Of a DNA stretch of 64,000 nucleotides, positions 29,132 through 38,034 are shown piece by piece. Position 1 is the first letter of the stretch, and every line of letters begins with the position of its first letter. Under the pieces are notes generated by a model. It ran no database searches. It had not been told where the DNA came from and was given only the letters and a program-made list of their open reading frames with translations. Source of the DNA: Vulcanimicrobiota bacterium. GTDB taxonomy: Bacteria; Vulcanimicrobiota; Vulcanimicrobiia; Vulcanimicrobiales; Vulcanimicrobiaceae. The position numbers and the translations under genes are program-made. The DNA is taken from assembly GCA_003135555.1 (NCBI GenBank), contig PLCF01000085.1:152589-216588 (forward strand). The letters run 5' to 3'.

Positions 29132-29989
29132 TCAGCGTATCCCGGTCATCGGCGGGCCGCCGATGGGGGCGCGATGGACGGCCGCGTCCAGCTGCGTCGA
29201 GCGGATGAACGACAGGATCGCCGCGCCCAGGCCGGCCAGCCATACCAGCGCCGTGACGGCCCAGCCCACGACGGGCACGATCTCGGCGGCGGAGACCACC
29301 ACCAGCCCGAGCATCAGCGCCACCAAGGGGGACGGCGTCAACGTCGGCATGACGAGCTCGCACAGCCGGCGCCCGACCAGCAGCGCGATCGCGCCGGTGC
29401 CGATCCACACGCCTGCGAAGATCGCCGCGATCTCGAGGATCACCAGCGGGATCCCGACGATGCTCAAGATCAGCATGATCGCGATCGGCACGATCGCGAC
29501 CATGGCCACGGCGCCCGTGAGTGCGGACATCGCGGGATGCCGTTCGACCCGGTCGAGCGCGACGCGCATCCGCAGCGGGAAGAGCAAAAAGACCAGGACG
29601 ACGACCAGGCTCGCCGCGAGCTTCACCAGCAGACGGTGATCCTGACCGGCCAGCGCGCCGATCCCGTACTCCCGGCCGACGGCCCACGGCACCATGCTGC
29701 GCACTCCGTCGTTGGTGACGCCGTTGATCGTACCGTCCACCACGCCGTTGTCGACGATCGTACAGCGGCCGAAGACCGTGTTGCAGTCGCCGTGCACGAT
29801 GCCCGCGACGGTCGCGTCGCCGAAGATGACGTTGAGGTCGCCGTCGATGACCTTGTCGGCCGGGACGTAGACGTTCTGGAAGACCTCCGTCTCGCCGCCG
29901 TCGCGACCGCGCGCATCGGCCGTACCAGGCAGCACCAATGCGGCCGCGGCGAGCAAACCCGCCAGCAGTGCGACGTAACGGAGGTTCAC
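29132..29989 (-). CDS. Membrane protein with signal peptide and bactofilin-like beta-solenoid N-terminus (ECF operon partner)
   Basis: GTG overlaps the anti-sigma stop. Repeats 'IDGDLNVIFGDATVAGIVHGD', then 4-5 TM segments. Confidence 0.7.
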   Translation of the reverse strand: MNLRYVALLAGLLAAAALVLPGTADARGRDGGETEVFQNVYVPADKVIDGDLNVIFGDATVAGIVHGDCNTVFGRCTIVDNGVVDGTINGVTNDGVRSMVPWAVGREYGIGALAGQDHRLLVKLAASLVVVLVFLLFPLRMRVALDRVERHPAMSALTGAVAMVAIVPIAIMLILSIVGIPLVILEIAAIFAGVWIGTGAIALLVGRRLCELVMPTLTPSPLVALMLGLVVVSAAEIVPVVGWAVTALVWLAGLGAAILSFIRSTQLDAAVHRAPIGGPPMTGIR

Positions 29990-30525
29990 GGGCGCAGGCG
30001 TTCTGCCAGGCGCGGTCGCACGACGGTGAAGCCGACGACGAGCGCAGCCGCGACCACGACGTCGAGGACGATCGCGCCGCCCAACAGCGTCCCCAGCGAG
30101 CCGAAGTCGCCCAGTACCCGGGCGCCGGCGTGCTCGACGACCCCGAAGCTGTGGGCGATCTGCGCGCTCACGTCGAGTGCGGTCTCTCCGAACGCGCGCA
30201 TCGCGCTCGCAGCGAACAAAAAGCCGGCGCCGGCCAGCAGCCAAGCCGCGACCAGATACGCGATGAGATACGCATAGACGGGCGCGGTCGAAACCTGCGG
30301 GCGCGGCAGGGTCCGAACCTCCGCCATCGTCGCAAAGGTGAAGTTCTCGGGCAGCTCGACATGGCGCGGCGAGGCGATCAGCGCGTCGACGACGCGCAGC
30401 TCTTCGAGCACGCCTTTGCAGCGGCCGCACCCGTTGAGGTGCGCGAGCAGCACGGCGCGGCGCGCGGGCAACAGCGTGTTGTCGAGGTACTGCTCGAAGA
30501 GCGCTTCAGACGAGTTGCAGCTCAC
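29986..30525 (-). CDS. Zinc-finger (zf-HC2) anti-sigma factor
   Basis: 'MSC...YLD..L.......AHLNGCGRC' plus two TM segments; directly downstream of the ECF sigma gene. Confidence 0.85.
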   Translation of the reverse strand: MSCNSSEALFEQYLDNTLLPARRAVLLAHLNGCGRCKGVLEELRVVDALIASPRHVELPENFTFATMAEVRTLPRPQVSTAPVYAYLIAYLVAAWLLAGAGFLFAASAMRAFGETALDVSAQIAHSFGVVEHAGARVLGDFGSLGTLLGGAIVLDVVVAAALVVGFTVVRPRLAERLRP

Positions 30526-31162
30526 CGAGACCTCCGACTACCCGGAACATCCGGGTTGCGCAGTTTCCCTCGGCCACCGCTTCACGTTCGCGCAGCTTGT
30601 GCGCCAGTGCGAGCTTGCCGCGGTGGATCAACGTCTTCACATTGCCCAGCGACAAGCCCATCGTGGAAGATATCGTCTGGTAGTCCATGTTGTCGTAGAA
30701 GCGCAGCGCCAGCACCGTGCGCGTGCGCTCGGGGAGCTCGGCCAGCGCGGCGCGGACCTCGGCCTCGGCTTCCGCGCGCAGCACGCCGCCGGCCGGATCG
30801 GCCTCGCGCGAGATGTCGGCGAGCGCGTTCTCGAGCGTCTGGTCCTCGCCCAGCCCGGCGACCGCGGGGCGGCGCTGCGAGCGGCCCAAGAACGTGCGCA
30901 CCACGTTGCGGGCGATATGGTAGACCCAGGTCGAGAACCGGCCCAGGTCGGCGTTGAAGGTCGCCAGGTGCGCGTACGCGCGCAGGAACGTCTCTTGGGT
31001 GAGGTCGGCGACGTCGGAGGGCTGGCGCACCGAGGCGCCGATGAACGACGCGATCCCGCGCTTGTACCGCTCGACCAGCTCGCCGAAGGCGTCGCGGTCG
31101 CCGTCGAGGACTGCCTGGACCAGGCGCTCGTCGGTGAGGTCGGGGACTGACTGCACGGTCAT
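30506..31162 (-). CDS. ECF sigma-70 factor
   Basis: 'GDRDAFGELVERY', 'DLTQETFLRAY', 'FSTWVYHIARN', region 4 'LPERTRTVLALRF...GNVKTLIHRGK'. Confidence 0.9.
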   Translation of the reverse strand: MTVQSVPDLTDERLVQAVLDGDRDAFGELVERYKRGIASFIGASVRQPSDVADLTQETFLRAYAHLATFNADLGRFSTWVYHIARNVVRTFLGRSQRRPAVAGLGEDQTLENALADISREADPAGGVLRAEAEAEVRAALAELPERTRTVLALRFYDNMDYQTISSTMGLSLGNVKTLIHRGKLALAHKLREREAVAEGNCATRMFRVVGGLGELQLV

Positions 31163-31171
31163 CCTAGTGCC

Positions 31172-31200
31172 TAGTACCGTAGCCCGGTCCGGAAGTTTCC
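31172..31200 (-). promoter_or_regulatory. Putative autoregulatory ECF promoter (GGAAAC-N16-GGTA)
   Basis: Minus strand reads GGAAACttccggaccgggctacGGTActag just upstream of the sigma ATG. It resembles the SigW-type TGAAAC-N16-CGTA consensus. Confidence 0.45.
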
Positions 31201-31377
31201 TTGTCGCGCCCGGATCGGGTGGGAGCAGACCGGGCGGGCGCCCAGCCCCGCAGCCATTTTCAGGGGACAATTTTGCGGACAGATTGTTGGACAAACGGAG
31301 GCCAATAATCGCAAAACGACCGGCGCAGCGGGTCCCCCGCCGACCTCCGCGGTCCCCTAAACCCGGACAAGTCGCTA

Positions 31378-33900
31378 CTAGTACCTCGTGTGCATCGTCA
31401 CGACGTTGTCGAGGGTGAGTCCGGCGACGTATGGCGCTAGCGACGCCGGAATTACGGCTGCCTGGTTGGGTGCATACCGTGTGCCATGGCGCGCCTGCGC
31501 GAGATTGACGATGTGCGTCTGGAAGAGTCGCTCCACCGCAGCGGCTGAGGCTTCGGCGTCGACCACGAGATGGTTCCCGAACGTGCGCGTGATTCGGAAG
31601 CCTGCAGCTTCGAGCGCGGCGACGACCGTACGCTCGTCGGCGGAAATGGTCGCCGTCGGACGGAGCACGATTTGAATCCGCGTCGTTTGGTTTTGTGGGC
31701 GCGGACCCTGATAGACCAGGTCGCGAACCTTGGGCACGACGTCCGCGGCCACGGGCGTCGACGGACCACGCACCGCGAGCGCTCGCGACGATGCGGACTC
31801 GCGCATGTGACTGCTTGGAACGCGGTTCGGGCAGAGCGCCAGCGCGATCGGCACCCCCAACGGAACGCCGATGCCCGTCGCATTGTCATACCCGGAATGA
31901 GCAGCGTACGAAGGGGAGAGGCCGTTCATTTGATTGTTTCCGCTGACCACGTCCAGAAACGCACCGTAGCCGGCCCGCTGATACGCTAGGTATGGTAGCG
32001 CTGCGGGGTTCAACGACTGCGCGTTACAATATTGATAGACCTCCGCCAGCATCGCGGCGAATGCCGGAGCACCCCACGACGTTCCATATACGTGAAACCA
32101 GCCTTGCTGATAGATGGCGTCATATTCGGCGGGCATGGCGATGTCAGGGACATTTCTCATTTTCGTCGATGCGACGCCGGGTAGACCGACCTGGTAGGCG
32201 GGAAGGCCGAATGAGGCCGAAACGCCTCCTCCGGTTCCGGCCGGCGATCCAACCGCAGAATCGTTCCACGCGGTGGTGCTCGTCAGTGTGAATCCCGCCG
32301 GACGGTACGTCTCGGTGCCGCCGACGCCGATCACGTTCGGGTCACTCGCCGGGTAGCTCGCGCCGACCTCAAAGACGTCGCATTCGTTGCCAGAATCGCC
32401 CGAGGACGCGACGAACGCAATCCCGTTGCTGACGCCCTGGGCAATTACGGTGTTCATACTGTACTGGCCGACCGAGCCGGGAGATTCGCAGCCTCCGAAG
32501 GACGAGTTCACGATGGCAGCGGTATGATCGGTGATGATCTGATTGTACCCATCGACTATTGATGCGTAGCTCAGGTCGGGAATGACATAGGTAGTGACGT
32601 TCGCCCCAGGCGCCAGACCGGCGATCGTCTCGTTGTCGAGCGACGCTTCACCTTGGTCGGGGCCGATGCCGGCGCCGCCGTCAACCATCGTGGAAGCAAT
32701 TCGGCGGCTCGTGTGCGGTGTCTGGAAGTACGACAGATATGCGGCAAGGTCGTTACCGTCGAAAGCCGAGTCTATGACGATCGCGACGGTTAGGCCCGTT
32801 CCGTCGAATCCGCTCTGAACGGGAAAGTTAAACGCGTTCGCGACCGCGGTTGGCCCCCACCCATTGGTCGGACTCAGGTTCGGGCCGGCGAGCGGTGTAC
32901 CGTTCCCAGGCTGCACTGTCGGGGTCGGCATCGGAGTTGGCGTGGCGTTGCTGACGGCGGTCACCGGGGCCGCATAGATCCCGCCCGCGCTCCCGATTGC
33001 ATAGACGTGCCGACTGTCCGTTGCGACGCTTACACCTCCGCCGGTCATCTGCGTCCACGTGCCCGTGTTCAAGTCGTTGTACCAAAGTGGATAGCCGTTC
33101 GGACTCGCCGGAAATCCGAGCACGAACATCCCGCCGTTGGAGGTGGGAGCCATCTCCACGCCGCCGCCGCCGAGTTGATGAAAGCCGTTGGCCGCATTGT
33201 AGTACCAGAGATCACCGGGCGTGTTCAGCACCCACAATGTTCCCGGCGTGATGGTGCCGAGGTGCGTTCCGAGGTCCCAGGATGCGGCCACGCGGATGCC
33301 GCCGCCCGGGAGTTGCGTCCATGCGCCGTTCGCGTAGTGCCAGGCTCCGCGGCCGAATGGGCCGCCGCCTTGATTCGAGATGACGTAGACCGAGCCGTCG
33401 GGTCCCACCGAGATGTCGCTGGCGCCGCCGGCGATCTGGGTCCATGAACCGGTATAGTGAAAGATCCCGCCGGCTGCCGTGACCGCCCACAGCGTGTTGT
33501 CGGGAGCCACCGCAAGGCGCGTCGCGCCGCCCGAGATGTTCGACCAAGCACCGTTCGCGTAATGCCAGATCGCTTGGTCCGGGCCGGCGCCTTGGTTCGA
33601 GAGCACCCAGATCGAGCCGTCGGGGCCGGCCGCCACGAAACTCGCCCCGCCCGGTATTTGCGTCCATCCCAGCGGCTGGATCGCAATCTGCGGCCGGATC
33701 GACGTCATGGCGGAGGGTGGCAACAGCGTCGTTCGTGCCATTGGCGGAGCGGGGATCAGCGCAGGCGAGACGGATCTGACGGTCGGCACGTCCACTGCCG
33801 GGACCGCGCTCACGCTACCGCGCTGACCGCCACAGCCCCCAACCAACAACGCGACGGCGAGGAGCGCAAGCGCTCCGAACCGGGTCCGGACTACCCGCAC
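31378..33900 (-). CDS. Lipoprotein: tectonin-like beta-propeller + S53 (sedolisin) peptidase + C-terminal prodomain-like region
   Basis: GTG at 33900 after GGAGG (ORF track starts at 33966). Lipobox 'LVGGC'. 'WxQIxGG' repeats. S53 motifs 'EASLD', 'SSGDSG', 'PASDPNVIGVGGT', 'RNVPDIA', 'GTSWGAP', 'GYDNATGIG'. Confidence 0.85.
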   Translation of the reverse strand: MRVVRTRFGALALLAVALLVGGCGGQRGSVSAVPAVDVPTVRSVSPALIPAPPMARTTLLPPSAMTSIRPQIAIQPLGWTQIPGGASFVAAGPDGSIWVLSNQGAGPDQAIWHYANGAWSNISGGATRLAVAPDNTLWAVTAAGGIFHYTGSWTQIAGGASDISVGPDGSVYVISNQGGGPFGRGAWHYANGAWTQLPGGGIRVAASWDLGTHLGTITPGTLWVLNTPGDLWYYNAANGFHQLGGGGVEMAPTSNGGMFVLGFPASPNGYPLWYNDLNTGTWTQMTGGGVSVATDSRHVYAIGSAGGIYAAPVTAVSNATPTPMPTPTVQPGNGTPLAGPNLSPTNGWGPTAVANAFNFPVQSGFDGTGLTVAIVIDSAFDGNDLAAYLSYFQTPHTSRRIASTMVDGGAGIGPDQGEASLDNETIAGLAPGANVTTYVIPDLSYASIVDGYNQIITDHTAAIVNSSFGGCESPGSVGQYSMNTVIAQGVSNGIAFVASSGDSGNECDVFEVGASYPASDPNVIGVGGTETYRPAGFTLTSTTAWNDSAVGSPAGTGGGVSASFGLPAYQVGLPGVASTKMRNVPDIAMPAEYDAIYQQGWFHVYGTSWGAPAFAAMLAEVYQYCNAQSLNPAALPYLAYQRAGYGAFLDVVSGNNQMNGLSPSYAAHSGYDNATGIGVPLGVPIALALCPNRVPSSHMRESASSRALAVRGPSTPVAADVVPKVRDLVYQGPRPQNQTTRIQIVLRPTATISADERTVVAALEAAGFRITRTFGNHLVVDAEASAAAVERLFQTHIVNLAQARHGTRYAPNQAAVIPASLAPYVAGLTLDNVVTMHTRY
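32960..33900 (-). repeat. About 0.95-kb imperfect direct repeat, copy 1 (signal peptide + propeller coding region)
   Basis: Shares long identical stretches (e.g. gattcgagatgacgtagaccgagccgtc) with 35780-36717. Confidence 0.85.
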
Positions 33901-34128
33901 CCTTGCCTCCAAGAAAACGCCGCCGAGAAAAGGCCCGAAGAGAGCGGCTGCGGCGGGACGGTTCATTCTAGCCCAAGCGTGGTATGCCGTATAGCCCGAT
34001 TGGGATCATTGCCTGCGCAACACCATCGCACGGAGTCGCCGATACGAAGTAGCGGCCCCACCGAAGGGAAACAAGACCAACCTAAGCCCTCGGCCAGTTC
34101 GTGCGATGCTCTTGAGGCTACGGCTAGA

Positions 34129-36717
34129 TCAGCGCTGGACGACACCTACGCTGAGCCCGAAGCCGCCGCCGAGGTCCTTCCCCGAGAGATTTTGGTTGAG
34201 CGCGTTCGCGCCTACCGAGTAGTACGCGAACGTGCCGATGTACGGGCTCGCATTCGACGGTAAGGCGGTCGTTGCCGGGCTGCCGACCGCCAACGTGCGC
34301 CCGAACTGATCGGGGTAAGCGGTCGGCAGGCTTAGCGTGGCGATTCCGAAGCGCGGATCCGAAGTCGCGCCGGTTCCCGATGCGGCGACGGCGATCGCGA
34401 AGTCCGAGATAAGCGTCTGCGGATTCGTGCCGGTCGCCTGCTGCAGCGCCGCGTAGCCGGTTTGCGAGCCGAGCATCGCGTGCAGGTACGTGTCGCCGCC
34501 GAACCGGTCATAGAGGTAGCGCTGAAACAAATACGCCTCGCCGTAACAGCCCGAGCAGGCAGGCTGCGGCGACGCCTGGCCTGCGTCGATCCCGAAAAAC
34601 GCAGTGAGTGCGAAGTTCTGCGGCGCGCTCGTGAACAGGTTTGCGAAGTACAATGCATCGGCTGCGTCGTGGGCGAGCCCGAACTTTCGGTTCACCGCGA
34701 AGTCCTGCGCGAGCATCGACATACCTTCATTGATCCACGAATCTTCGCTGGGCGCATCGTTGAGGATCGCATGGTCGACGAAGTTGATGAGGTGCTGGAG
34801 CTCGTGCGCCGTCCCACGCACGAGATCTTCGTCGGTCTCATAGCTTGTCGAGCTGCTCGTGTTCCATCCGACATAGATGAGCGGCGCTTCGTTCGAATGT
34901 GGAATGGTCTGGGCAGTGTACGCTGGGCCGCCGCCGTTCGGCGTTGTCCCGATCAGGCAGTTCCACGCCGTTTGATAAAAGTAATCGGCGACGGTGAAGT
35001 AGCCACCCACGCCGGAACCGAGGGCGCTGGTGTTGATGACGAAGGCGTTGATCTTCGAGTCGGGCGGCACGACGAACGCGGGCACGGTGGTGCCGGTCCG
35101 CGTGCCGTTGCTGTCGCACGCAGTGTATGGACCCTGGGTGAAACCCGGCGCGGTCGCGGTGAAACCGGTGGGCCCGTAATGGGTGGTGTCGGAGGCATAC
35201 GAGTTGTCGAGGTCTGCCGCTAGCTTCGCGAGCGTCGTTGAGGTGAAAGCGGGAGTGCCGACGAGGCTGTCATCGACCCAAACGTAGCCGTTGTTTGCAA
35301 TCGCCTCGAGCGTCGCACCTACATGCACGTAACTCCCCGAGGAGGATCCGATCGCAAAGACGCTCACCCAGAACTGCGTGTGCGTCCCAACAGTCGTTCC
35401 GAGTGCGCTCGTGCGCCGGACCGCGAGCGGTCTATTCGTCCCGTTTGGTGCGCGCTGCAGCCGTGAGGTAAGCGCGGCGATCTGCACCCGAGTTTCGGCC
35501 GGTCGCTCTCTGTCGTGTCGCTGCCCCGATGGCTCCGTAACGCGCACCGACAGCGGCTGTCGGCGGGTGGAAAGCACGGTGCTGCCGAGGTTGAACGCGA
35601 GGTTGTCCGAGGTCAAACCCGAGGAACCGTCAGGGGGGAGTTCGACGGTGGAGATGCCGACCACGGTCGCGCTGCTCTGCACCGATGCCAACTTGCCGGC
35701 GAACGAACCGGTGGTGGTCGGCGCGAGGTAGCCGACGACCGGCGCTGTGGGCGTGCCGCCGCCACCGCCGCCGGTCAACGGCGCCCGATAGATGCCGCCG
35801 CCTGCCGCGATGATGTACAAGGACGACGCGCTTGCCGCGATGCCGATGGCCGTACCGGACTGCTGCGTCCACGTGCCGGTGCTCAAGTCGTTGTACCAGA
35901 TCGGATAGCCCGTCGGACCAGCGGGAAATCCGAGCACGAAGATTCCGCCATTGATGGTCGGCGCCATCTCGACGCCGCCGCCGCCCGGACGGTGGAAGCC
36001 GAAGGTCGTATTCCAGTACCAGAGGTCACCCGGCGTGTTGAGCACCCACAACGATCCCGGTGTGAGGTTGCCGAGGTAGGTCCCGGCGTCCCACGAGGCG
36101 GCGACGCGGACACCGCCGCCGGGCAGCTGGGTCCAGGCACCGTTCGCGTAGCGCCAGGCGCCGCGCCCAAACGGGCCCCCGCCCTGATTCGAGATGACGT
36201 AGACCGAGCCGTCCGGACCCACTGAGATGTCGCTGGCGCCGCCGGCGATCTGGGTCCACGAACCGGTGTAATGATAGATCCCGCCGGCTGCGTTGATCAC
36301 CCATATCGAGTTGTCCGGAGCGACTGCGAGGCGCGTTCCGCCACCCGAGATGTTCGACCATGCGCCGCCGGCATAGTGCCAGATCGACTGGTCCGGTCCG
36401 GCGCCTTGATTCGAAAGCACCCAGATCGAGCCGTCGGGCGCGGCCGCGACAAAACTCGCGCCGCCGGGGATCTGCGTGAATCCCCCGAGCGAGATCGCGC
36501 TCTTGGGCATCCGAATCGACGTCATCGCCGACGGCGGCAAGATCGCGGTGCGTGCCATCGGCGGCGCCGGGATCAGCGCGGGCGAGACGGATTGGACGGT
36601 CGGCGCGTCGACCGCCGGGATTGCGCTGACGCTGCCGTGCCGGCCGCCACAGCCTTGAACAAAAAGCGTGATTGCCAGGAGCGTGAAGCCCCCCAGCCGC
36701 GTCCGGGTCAGCAGCAC
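34129..36717 (-). CDS. Lipoprotein: tectonin-like beta-propeller + gluzincin (M30-like) metallopeptidase
   Basis: Lipobox 'FVQGC'. Same propeller repeats as the paralog. 'AHELQHLIN' (HExxH), downstream 'WINEGMS', and 'YG.AYLF..YL.DRFG'. Confidence 0.8.
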   Translation of the reverse strand: MLLTRTRLGGFTLLAITLFVQGCGGRHGSVSAIPAVDAPTVQSVSPALIPAPPMARTAILPPSAMTSIRMPKSAISLGGFTQIPGGASFVAAAPDGSIWVLSNQGAGPDQSIWHYAGGAWSNISGGGTRLAVAPDNSIWVINAAGGIYHYTGSWTQIAGGASDISVGPDGSVYVISNQGGGPFGRGAWRYANGAWTQLPGGGVRVAASWDAGTYLGNLTPGSLWVLNTPGDLWYWNTTFGFHRPGGGGVEMAPTINGGIFVLGFPAGPTGYPIWYNDLSTGTWTQQSGTAIGIAASASSLYIIAAGGGIYRAPLTGGGGGGTPTAPVVGYLAPTTTGSFAGKLASVQSSATVVGISTVELPPDGSSGLTSDNLAFNLGSTVLSTRRQPLSVRVTEPSGQRHDRERPAETRVQIAALTSRLQRAPNGTNRPLAVRRTSALGTTVGTHTQFWVSVFAIGSSSGSYVHVGATLEAIANNGYVWVDDSLVGTPAFTSTTLAKLAADLDNSYASDTTHYGPTGFTATAPGFTQGPYTACDSNGTRTGTTVPAFVVPPDSKINAFVINTSALGSGVGGYFTVADYFYQTAWNCLIGTTPNGGGPAYTAQTIPHSNEAPLIYVGWNTSSSTSYETDEDLVRGTAHELQHLINFVDHAILNDAPSEDSWINEGMSMLAQDFAVNRKFGLAHDAADALYFANLFTSAPQNFALTAFFGIDAGQASPQPACSGCYGEAYLFQRYLYDRFGGDTYLHAMLGSQTGYAALQQATGTNPQTLISDFAIAVAASGTGATSDPRFGIATLSLPTAYPDQFGRTLAVGSPATTALPSNASPYIGTFAYYSVGANALNQNLSGKDLGGGFGLSVGVVQR
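35780..36717 (-). repeat. About 0.95-kb imperfect direct repeat, copy 2
   Basis: Aligns by eye with 32960-33900; similarity ends at 'GGIY.AP.T'. Confidence 0.85.
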
Positions 36718-36868
36718 CCTGTGCCCTCCGAAACTCGTCCGCCGACTTCTGCCGAGCGCAGCGTCTTGAGCGGGGAGCAGTTCGTTCTAGCCCCTATGTG
36801 CTACGGCCTATAGTCCGACCGTTCGGACCGGGAGAGTTTTCGTGGCCGCACGAACACCGCGGCCGGTC

Positions 36869-37882
36869 ATGGCACATCGACGCTGGCTGGTCACGGGCGG
36901 GCTCGGCTTCATCGGCTCGTCCTTCGTTCGGCTCGTGTTGGCCGAGCGCGCCGACCTCGCGATCACGGTGCTGGACGCGCTGACCTATGCCGGCAACCCC
37001 GCCAACCTCGCCGAAGTAGCCGCCGACCCGCGCTACCGCTTCGTAAAAGGCGATATCGCCGACGCCAAGGCGGTCGACGCGGCGGTCGGCGACGGCGTGG
37101 ATGCCGTGGTGAACTTCGCCGCGGAGAGCCACGTCGACCGTTCGATCCTCGACCCCGAGGCGTTCATCCGTACCGACGTGATGGGGACGCACGTGCTGCT
37201 CGAAGCGGTCCGGCGGCACGCGATCGCCCGCTTTCTCCAGGTTTCGACTGACGAGGTCTACGGCGACGTCGAGCAGGGCGCGTCGGTCGAGGACGATCCG
37301 ATCCGCCCGCGCAGTCCGTACGCCGCCTCGAAGGCCGGCGGCGACCTCCAAGTGCTGGCGTATTTCGCGACCTTCGGGACGCCGGTCCTCATCACGCGCG
37401 GCTCGAACACCTACGGCCCGTACCAGTATCCCGAAAAGCTGGTCCCGCTCTTCGTGACCAACCTCCTCGAAGGCGAGACGGTCCCGGTCTACGGTGACGG
37501 GGGCCAGATTCGGGACTGGCTCTACGTCGACGATCACGCCCGCGGGATCGCTCACGTGCTCGAGCACGGCACCCCGGGCGAGGTCTACAACCTGGGCGGC
37601 GGCAACAGCCGCACCAACCGCGAGATCACGCACGAGCTGCTGCGCCTGACCGGGCGCACCTGGGACGAAAGCGTCCGCCACGTCACCGACCGCCCGGGGC
37701 ACGACCGGCGCTACGCGCTGGACTCAGCCAAGGCGCGGACGCTGGGCTGGACGCCGCGGGTGGACTTCGCCGCCGGCCTAGCCGACACGGTCGCTTGGTA
37801 CCGCGCCCGCGAGGACTGGTGGCGCCCGATCAAATCCGGCGAGTTCCGCGACTACTACCGCCGCCAATACGCCCTCCGCTAG
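36869..37882 (+). CDS. rfbB: dTDP-glucose 4,6-dehydratase
   Basis: 'VTGGLGFIGS', 'LDALTYAGN', 'FAAESHVDRSI', 'VSTDEVYG', 'SPYAASK', 'PYQYPEKL', 'DRPGHDRRY'. Confidence 0.95.
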   Translation: MAHRRWLVTGGLGFIGSSFVRLVLAERADLAITVLDALTYAGNPANLAEVAADPRYRFVKGDIADAKAVDAAVGDGVDAVVNFAAESHVDRSILDPEAFIRTDVMGTHVLLEAVRRHAIARFLQVSTDEVYGDVEQGASVEDDPIRPRSPYAASKAGGDLQVLAYFATFGTPVLITRGSNTYGPYQYPEKLVPLFVTNLLEGETVPVYGDGGQIRDWLYVDDHARGIAHVLEHGTPGEVYNLGGGNSRTNREITHELLRLTGRTWDESVRHVTDRPGHDRRYALDSAKARTLGWTPRVDFAAGLADTVAWYRAREDWWRPIKSGEFRDYYRRQYALR

Positions 37883-38034
37883 CGAAGAATAGCCGCGCCG
37901 ATGTACAAAGCAGCATGGTGATGGACCGAGCGCAGCAGCATCTTCCGCGTACCGTCAGGTCGTTGCGAGGTCGAACCTGGGGGCCCCACGCAAAGCGTGG
38001 GGGGCGCGCAGCGAGAGCGGAGCGCCGTTAGACC

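Noticed and set aside
29095..29133. GC hairpins between the ECF operon and the aminotransferase as a terminator
   Set aside because: The stems are short, there is no U-tract, and such stems are likely by chance at this GC content.
27300..36830. Non-glycan block as a mobile element or prophage
   Set aside because: No integrase, transposase, tRNA, terminal repeat or phage gene was recognised.
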